Assembly (NCBI GenBank): GCA_963840855.1
Contig: CAWJBB010000092.1
Span: 1-13,623, forward strand
DNA length: 13,623 nucleotides
Direction of reading: 5' to 3'
Source of the DNA: an uncultured delta proteobacterium
GTDB lineage: Bacteria; Desulfobacterota; Binatia; UBA9968
The position numbers and the translations under genes are program-made. This document shows positions 8,381 to 13,623 of the stretch, in pieces. The notes beneath the pieces were generated by a model, which saw nothing but the letters and a program-made list of their open reading frames with translations, did not search any database and was not told the origin of the DNA. Positions within the stretch are counted from its first letter, which is position 1, and each line of letters opens with the position of its first letter.

Positions 8381-9337
8381 TTACTTTAGGTTCAATTCTT
8401 TCAACGCTTCCCTAGCGAACGAAAAATCTCGCACCTCATCCAGCGGGCGTTTTTTCTCCCCGACACGCGCGATGATCGCCTCAATTTCGCCATCCGTCAT
8501 CGTACCGTCGCGGTTGAGCGCCTTTAATTCACCGTCGTAGGAATGTTCCGCAATTTCAAGGTCCTGCGGCAGCCATTTGATGGATAGTTGTATGGTCTCC
8601 TGGCGGTTCTCAATAATGTAGTAGTGCGCCCGCAGCAGCGACTTCAGCGTGCGTCTGACGAGCAGGGGGTTTTCTCGAATGAGCCGATCCGACGTCAGCA
8701 TACCTGCTGACGGTAAGCCGACTTCCGGCGGACCGGCGAGCGCCGTGTAACCCAGCTTGCGCAGCATGAAATCATGGGGTGGCGCGACACAAATAGCATC
8801 AACGGCCCCGCTGACCAGTGCTTGCATTCTTACCGGACCGTCCCCGATGGCTACGGCTTGCAGCAGGTTGGGATTGAAACCTTTGGCCTGCAGCATCTCT
8901 TCGGCGACCAGTTGATCGGTGCCTTTGATCGTGGCCACACCTAGCTTCTTGCCCTTGAGTTGCGGAACGTCTTTGATCTCCGGCCGCACCATGACGTAGT
9001 AGGGGCCTTTTTTGATGTGGACAAAAACCAGCTTCATCGGCAAGCCCTGGAGGATACCGCGAAACGTGCTGGTGAACGGAGTCGCGAAAGTAACGGCGCC
9101 GTTGACAACCGCCGTAGCGCCAAGGCGTGGATTCATTTGAATCAGTTCGACATCGAGCCCCTCGGCTTTGAAGAAGCCCTTGCTCTGCGCCATGTACTGC
9201 GGCATGGCGGAACTACTGCGGCTGGCATAGGCGATTCTGATTTTTTGCGGCGCGTCGGCGGCTAAAGCTCGAACGCCTAAGGTCAATCCAAGACCGGCAC
9301 AGAAAATGCCCAGCGAAGAATAAATCGGTTTCTTCAT
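8381..9337 (-). CDS. ABC-type substrate-binding protein, NMT1/THI5/SsuA-like
   Basis: Signal peptide (MKK + hydrophobic stretch + ALA). KGFFKAEGLDVELI, LKGKKLGV and ALVSGAVDA are typical of this SBP class. Confidence 0.88.
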   Translation of the reverse strand: MKKPIYSSLGIFCAGLGLTLGVRALAADAPQKIRIAYASRSSSAMPQYMAQSKGFFKAEGLDVELIQMNPRLGATAVVNGAVTFATPFTSTFRGILQGLPMKLVFVHIKKGPYYVMVRPEIKDVPQLKGKKLGVATIKGTDQLVAEEMLQAKGFNPNLLQAVAIGDGPVRMQALVSGAVDAICVAPPHDFMLRKLGYTALAGPPEVGLPSAGMLTSDRLIRENPLLVRRTLKSLLRAHYYIIENRQETIQLSIKWLPQDLEIAEHSYDGELKALNRDGTMTDGEIEAIIARVGEKKRPLDEVRDFSFAREALKELNLK

Positions 9338-9353
9338 AGGAAACCCTCACCCC

Positions 9354-9407
9354 GGAGTGTTGGGCCGGAAACCCAATCACTCCACCACTGCATTACTCCA
9401 TTACACC
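9354..9407 (-). repeat. Octamer tandem array (GGAGTAAT-like x4 on the - strand) with complementary arm forming a hairpin
   Basis: + strand: atcactcc accactgc attactcc attacacc (9376-9407). ggagtgttggg (9354-9364) pairs with cccaa(t)cactcc (9372-9383) around a 7-nt loop. Confidence 0.8.
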
Positions 9408-9414
9408 AATCTCA

Positions 9415-10506
9415 TTACAGCCCGTAGAACGCCCGCGGGTTGTCATACATGATTTTTTGCCTCAATGGCGGCGACAAATCCTCGCGAGTATTGAGCACGT
9501 TGACAAACTGGTCTTCTCGCGAAGGATCGCTGTGGGGATAGTCCGAGCCGATGAGCAAATGATCCGCGCCGGTATATTTCGCGATGTACGGAATATCCTC
9601 ATCCGCCTCGCAAGCGATGTAAAGCCGGTATTCGCGAAACAGATCGGCGCTCGTCCCGTGCTGCCATTTTTCCTTCAGCAGCCGCCGCAGAATGTGAATC
9701 AGAAACGGCGCCCAACCGGCGGCCGCTTCGATAAAACCGAAACGCAGGCCGGGAAATCTCTCCGGAATCTTGTTAGCTACGAGATCGCGAAAAGCCAATA
9801 GCGGCATTACGCGCGTGTGGCCGAAGGTGTGATTGCGCGCGAGATCGAACATCTCGAGAATCTGTTTGACGCCGCAGCCGGTATGCACGCAGATGGACAG
9901 ATTTTGTTTTTGCGCTTCCTCGTACACCGGAAACAGATATGGACTGTCCAGCGTATGCTCACCCTCGATGCCTCGGAAAAACACTCCCACCGCCCCATTC
10001 GCTTTGGCGAAACGAATCTCATCGATGGACTGTTTGATCGACTGGAGCGGCAACACGACGACCCACTTTACGCGCTCCTGCGCATCAGCGCAGGCTTTGG
10101 CGAGAAACCGGTTGTACGCCTGGCACAACGCCAGCTCGAGCCCGGCATCCTTCGTGTTGTAAACTAGGAAAAGCGTCGGATAAACGACCTGCATCGCTGT
10201 GTTGAGTTTGTCCATATCCGCGAGCCGAGCGGTCATGTCGATCATCTCTCGCGTCGCCACGGTGGAATCTTTGCGGCCGATTTGCACGCTTTGATCCGAG
10301 GGAGTGACCAGCGCGAAGCTCCCCTTCCCCGCGGGCTTCGGAAAGATCTCGCCGTCGATCAGCCAAAAAGCATCGCGGTTGCCATACCAGGTATCCTGAG
10401 GAACTTTGAGCATGATGGGCCGCCGCGGCAAAAAATCAGCTCCCATCATTTTCCACATCGCTTCCCCTTCCGAAATATGCGTGTCCGCGTCAATGATTCC
10501 GTCCAT
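9415..10506 (-). CDS. Amidohydrolase_2 family protein (DADxH subtype)
   Basis: IIDADTH, VVYPT, AYNRFL, CVHTG, FIEAAAGW, GSDYPHSD, DNPRAFYGL. Confidence 0.88.
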   Translation of the reverse strand: MDGIIDADTHISEGEAMWKMMGADFLPRRPIMLKVPQDTWYGNRDAFWLIDGEIFPKPAGKGSFALVTPSDQSVQIGRKDSTVATREMIDMTARLADMDKLNTAMQVVYPTLFLVYNTKDAGLELALCQAYNRFLAKACADAQERVKWVVVLPLQSIKQSIDEIRFAKANGAVGVFFRGIEGEHTLDSPYLFPVYEEAQKQNLSICVHTGCGVKQILEMFDLARNHTFGHTRVMPLLAFRDLVANKIPERFPGLRFGFIEAAAGWAPFLIHILRRLLKEKWQHGTSADLFREYRLYIACEADEDIPYIAKYTGADHLLIGSDYPHSDPSREDQFVNVLNTREDLSPPLRQKIMYDNPRAFYGL

Positions 10507-10547
10507 ATTACGCCTCTCTCCCGGCTGAGCCGTTTTTCTTAATCACT

Positions 10548-10575
10548 TTGAACCTTGAACATTGAACCTTGAACC
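10548..10575 (-). repeat. Heptamer tandem array TTGAAC(C/A) x4 (GGTTCAA on the transcribed strand)
   Basis: ttgaacc ttgaaca ttgaacc ttgaacc, next to the GC palindrome cgcgcg-t-cgcgcg (10576-10588). Confidence 0.85.
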
Positions 10576-10588
10576 CGCGCGTCGCGCG

Positions 10589-10909
10589 CTAATTCCACAA
10601 CGAAACTCCCATCCTGAGTTTTCCATGCTCCAAGTCGTTTAATGCTTCATTGATCTCATCGTAGCGGTAGCTTTTGGTAATCAAGCTTTTCAATTCGATC
10701 CGACCCGCCGAGGCCATCTGAAAAACCTCTTCGACGTCGTTGGCCTGCCGGCTCGATACGCCGGTAATGGTGATTTCGCGGGTGACGAAATTGCCGCTGC
10801 TGATGGTAAATGGCCCGCTGCCCAGGACGTCCTCGTCGCCGACGGCGGGCATTTCGAGTTCTTCGATCTTCAACGGCTGGCGCGCTTCGTAAAGAATCGC
10901 GGCTTTCAT
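10589..10909 (-). pseudogene. Zinc-binding (MDR) alcohol dehydrogenase with a large in-frame internal deletion, 106 aa
   Basis: MDR N-terminus MKAAILYEARQPLKIEELEMPAVGDEDVL is fused directly to the MDR C-terminus (REITITG...GRIELKSLITKSYRYDEINEALNDLEHGK). No GHE, Zn-Cys cluster or GxGxxG. GGAG lies 5 nt before ATG 10909. Confidence 0.85.
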
Positions 10910-11017
10910 GGGCACTCCTGACTACTTGATGTTAAATTAACCTTGAGTCTAATTACGCTAGCCAAGCGTGACCCGTCAAGGGACGCGGGTGGTGAGCAAG
11001 GCGCCGTGAAATACGCC

Positions 11018-11046
11018 TTGACAGATTTTTTACTTCTGACTAGTGT
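11018..11046 (+). promoter_or_regulatory. Candidate sigma70 promoter for the isochorismatase-family gene
   Basis: Perfect TTGACA (11018-11023), 17-nt spacer, TAGTGT (11041-11046). Confidence 0.6.
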
Positions 11047-11050
11047 CCTT

Positions 11051-11062
11051 GAACTAAAGTTC
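11051..11062. promoter_or_regulatory. Palindromic operator candidate GAACT-AA-AGTTC
   Basis: Inverted repeat overlapping the predicted +1 of the TTGACA promoter. Confidence 0.4.
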
Positions 11063-11163
11063 TTAAAAGAAGTCGATAAAGGGTCAATGACGAGTGAATT
11101 TTGTAACGAACTTCGGATACGGGACCCTAGTGTCGATTAGACTTCGAGCGAAGGAGATGAAAA

Positions 11164-11706
11164 ATGCCGAACAAACCCATACCCCAGGAAGTCGCCGTCG
11201 ATGCCAAAACGACCGCGTTGCTGGTTCTGGATTTGAACGCCCGTTGCGAGAATCCCGAGGAAGCGTGCCACAAACTGATCGAGCCCGTGGCGAAGTTCTT
11301 AGAGCGCGCCCGCCAGGCGAACATGTTCATCATGTACACCGCTGCCGACCGCTACAAAGGCACGCCGGAAGCGCGCATGCCGCACGCGTTCAAACAGCGC
11401 GCCGACGAACCGACGATCTTTCCTGCGGCCTTTGACAAGTTTTACAGCGGCGAGATGCAGCCCATGCTCCAGCAGCGCGGCATCAAAACGGTGATCTGCT
11501 GCGGCGCAGCAAGCAATCAGGCGGTGATGTACACGGCCACGGCTGCCGTTCGCCCGTTTGGTTACACCTGCGTCATTCCCGTCGATGGCCTCATCGCCCG
11601 CGGCGATTACGAGCACGAATTCACCCTGCACCAGTTTACGATCCTACCCGGCGGCGCCGCTGAAAAGTTTCGCATCACCGAATTCGACAAGATAAAGATT
11701 GCGTGA
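11164..11706 (+). CDS. Isochorismatase/cysteine hydrolase family protein, non-canonical active site
   Basis: TTALLVLDL, LQQRGIKTVICCG...AVMYTA, GYTCVIPVDG. RBS AAGGAG at 11151-11156. Confidence 0.85.
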   Translation: MPNKPIPQEVAVDAKTTALLVLDLNARCENPEEACHKLIEPVAKFLERARQANMFIMYTAADRYKGTPEARMPHAFKQRADEPTIFPAAFDKFYSGEMQPMLQQRGIKTVICCGAASNQAVMYTATAAVRPFGYTCVIPVDGLIARGDYEHEFTLHQFTILPGGAAEKFRITEFDKIKIA

Positions 11707-11756
11707 ATCGGCAGGGGGGTGATGCGAAATTTTTCTAGCAGTGCCGGCTGCCTCCT

Positions 11757-12332
11757 TTAACGAAGCACGCCCGCAGCTTTTGCAGTATGCGTCGCAATTG
11801 CATCCATGAGCGCCGGGGACAGGCAATCATAGGGCTCCAGGCCAAGTTCCCTCAGTCTGGCCCTGACCGCGCTCATGTCATCCGGATTGGCCCCGGACTC
11901 AATTATGGAGGAGACAAATGCCGCGAATTCCGGCGGTGCCCAGCCTTCATCTGACGATAGCTCGGTATGAACGAAATCAAAGCCGAAGAACGGATGCTTT
12001 TGATTGTCGATGCGTCCGTACATATGCACGCCGCACTCCTGGCAGGCGTATCGCTTGATAGCCGCGCTCGGGTCCACGACCTTTAACTTGCCCTCATTCG
12101 CAGACACCTTGAGCTTGTCACGCGGCACCACTGCGACCTGTGAGAAAAGCGCGCCAGCCGGCTTCCAACACTTGGTGCATCCACACACGTGGTTATGGGC
12201 GCACTGGCTTGCAACCGACACCGCAACTTTCCCATCCGCGCAGCGGCACACCAGCGTACCGCCCGCGAAGTTCGCAGCGCCGGGTTTCACACCTTGGTCG
12301 ACCCTCGGATGTATGGAAAATGCATTGGCCAT
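11757..12332 (-). CDS. gfa: S-(hydroxymethyl)glutathione synthase (glutathione-dependent formaldehyde-activating enzyme), 191 aa
   Basis: [66 protein letters not shown] are canonical Gfa motifs. ATG 12332 has a GGGGGAG RBS; the extension to 12473 in the ORF track is unlikely. Confidence 0.95.
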   Translation of the reverse strand: MANAFSIHPRVDQGVKPGAANFAGGTLVCRCADGKVAVSVASQCAHNHVCGCTKCWKPAGALFSQVAVVPRDKLKVSANEGKLKVVDPSAAIKRYACQECGVHMYGRIDNQKHPFFGFDFVHTELSSDEGWAPPEFAAFVSSIIESGANPDDMSAVRARLRELGLEPYDCLSPALMDAIATHTAKAAGVLR

Positions 12333-12554
12333 TTCTAGTTCTCCCCCTTTCCGTAGAATTTCCCAACTAAAAATCTTCGAAGCCCAGTGATAAAGCGCCC
12401 CGGTGTGTTTATACCAACCGGCAGATTCGTTTTCGAGATGGATTGTAAATTCTTTTTTGCCACTAAACAACAATAATTATCGCGACGCCACAGGGTTTAG
12501 GTGCTTCGATGAATCAACCCGATCGTCAAGACTTTTCTAACTGCCTTTTTTCCC

Positions 12555-12584
12555 TTGACTCGACTCAACACTTTGCCTTACTTT
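12555..12584 (+). promoter_or_regulatory. Candidate sigma70 promoter for the peptidase gene
   Basis: TTGACT (12555-12560), 18 nt, TACTTT (12579-12584). Downstream RBS GAGGAG at 12615-12620. Confidence 0.4.
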
Positions 12585-12628
12585 AGCCGCAACTTACGTT
12601 GTAGAGCTTCCGGTGAGGAGAATAAAAA

Positions 12629-13623
12629 ATGGCAGCCACTGTGAAACCAAGTCGGCGAATTTTGGGCGCGGTGAAAGATTCGTTATTGAAACGCGAACCC
12701 CTGCGAGCCAGGCACTCCAATTATTACCTGCAAGAGGATGTTTTTACGCGCGGCAAGAAACTGCCCGTGCCGCGGCAAAGCGTTCAGGTCACTCGCCCCA
12801 CCATCATGGCGTTTGCAGATGATGCGCCGCTCTTCAATTGGGCGCATTCCTGCGTTATCTCCTCCACGATGCCGAAACCGGGGAACTATACGGGAAATTC
12901 CGGCGCAATTTCCGCCTTATTCCGCCGAGCGCGATACCCCTCGGAGCTTTCGGGCATTCCATAAATCAGTCACCACCGCGGCGTATGCACCCCTATCGTA
13001 TCCGCCCGGATCTGCTTCTACGCCCGCGCTTTACCGGCACCAGATACGCAGTTTTATTTTCAGGCATGTCCAACAACCGGCACACCAACGACCTCGAATT
13101 TCTCTATCGCACTCTGCGCGATGTCTACCAGGTTCCGCCAAGAATATCTACGTACTGAATCACAATGGTACAGTCAATTATGACGGCGATCCTCATCCGG
13201 TCGGCAATTGGCCAGGCGACAACACTCCTATCGCATGCCGGTTCACGGCAAGGGCAGCAAGACCGACCTGCTTAGCCGCGTTGAACAATCTCAAGAAAAA
13301 GCTCCAACCCAAGGACAGTCTGCTGATCCATACCAACAATCATGGCGGCCACAATGGCACGGAGTCTGATTTTATGCTGCTACCCCAACTGGGATAGCCT
13401 GGGCGTCAAGGCGTTCACCGACAAGGTGGCCGAGTTGCCGAAATTCACCTGCCTGATGGTCATGATGGAGCAGTGCCATTCAGGCGGATTCAACCAGTCC
13501 GTCATCGGCAAGAGCACGGCTGACCACACGAGCATCGCTTCAGCGTGCGAAGAACTGAAAAGCTCCATTGGCGGCGCCGAATTCGACCCGTTTGCCCGCG
13601 ATTGGATCGCGGCCATGACCGGC
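12629..13623 (+). CDS. Clan CD cysteine peptidase (C13 legumain-like/caspase fold), split by about 7 frameshifts, 3'-truncated
   Basis: Joining frames gives ...FADDAPLFNWAHSC/RYLLHDAETGELY/REIPAQFPP.../...RYAVLFSGMSNNRHTNDLEFLYRTLRDVYQVP/AKNIYVLNHNG...DNTP/YRMPVHGKGSKTDL/LAALNNLKKKLQPKDSLLIHTNNHGGHNGTESD/LCCYPNWD...LMVMMEQCHSGGF. The His-Gly (13341) and Gln-Cys (Cys 13474) dyad each follow a hydrophobic beta strand. Confidence 0.8.

Noticed and set aside
2561-10575. Intergenic repeats as CRISPR arrays
   Set aside because: Units are 7-9 nt, directly adjacent and have no unique spacers; no cas genes are present.
10589-10909. ADH relic as the missing glutathione-dependent formaldehyde dehydrogenase (frmA) partner of gfa
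   Set aside because: The remaining termini are generic MDR sequence, the diagnostic regions are deleted, and the gene is in a different transcription unit.
10943-11140. 65-aa ORF in the divergent intergenic region
   Set aside because: TTG start, no RBS, overlaps the predicted promoter elements and has no recognisable motif.
11707-11756. Intrinsic terminator between the isochorismatase-family gene and gfa
   Set aside because: Only 4-5-bp stems (GGCAG/CTGCC, GCAG/CTGC) without a properly placed U-tract.
12333-12473. 47-aa N-terminal extension of Gfa in the ORF track
   Set aside because: A strong RBS precedes ATG 12332, and 191 aa matches typical Gfa length.
12333-12628. Riboswitch or ncRNA in the gfa-peptidase spacer
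   Set aside because: No recognisable conserved RNA motif; the AT-rich content is explained by divergent promoters. An Rfam/Infernal scan would be needed to exclude it.

Overview
GC-rich bacterial metabolic/accessory region, truncated at both ends. The + strand cluster (<1-6015) encodes a ThDP-dependent acetolactate-synthase-like enzyme, two SMP-30/gluconolactonase proteins, an ACMSD-like amidohydrolase and a Rieske oxygenase alpha subunit with no reductase in the window. A convergent - strand cluster (10909-6116) encodes an internally deleted Zn-alcohol-dehydrogenase relic, an amidohydrolase_2, an orphan NMT1/SsuA-type substrate-binding protein, an MTA/SAH-deaminase-like amidohydrolase and an EamA/DMT transporter. 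These are followed by an isochorismatase-fold protein lacking the catalytic Cys, a stand-alone gfa, and a clan-CD (C13/legumain-like) cysteine peptidase that is visible only after joining about 7 single-base frameshifts. The gene-content style resembles Candidatus Binatia (inference only). The main unexplained structure is four short-period (7-, 8-, 9-nt) intergenic tandem arrays, each starting 7-13 nt after a stop codon, three with an inverted complementary arm. There are also two apparent gene-deletion scars. No rRNA, tRNA, CRISPR array or transposase was recognised.
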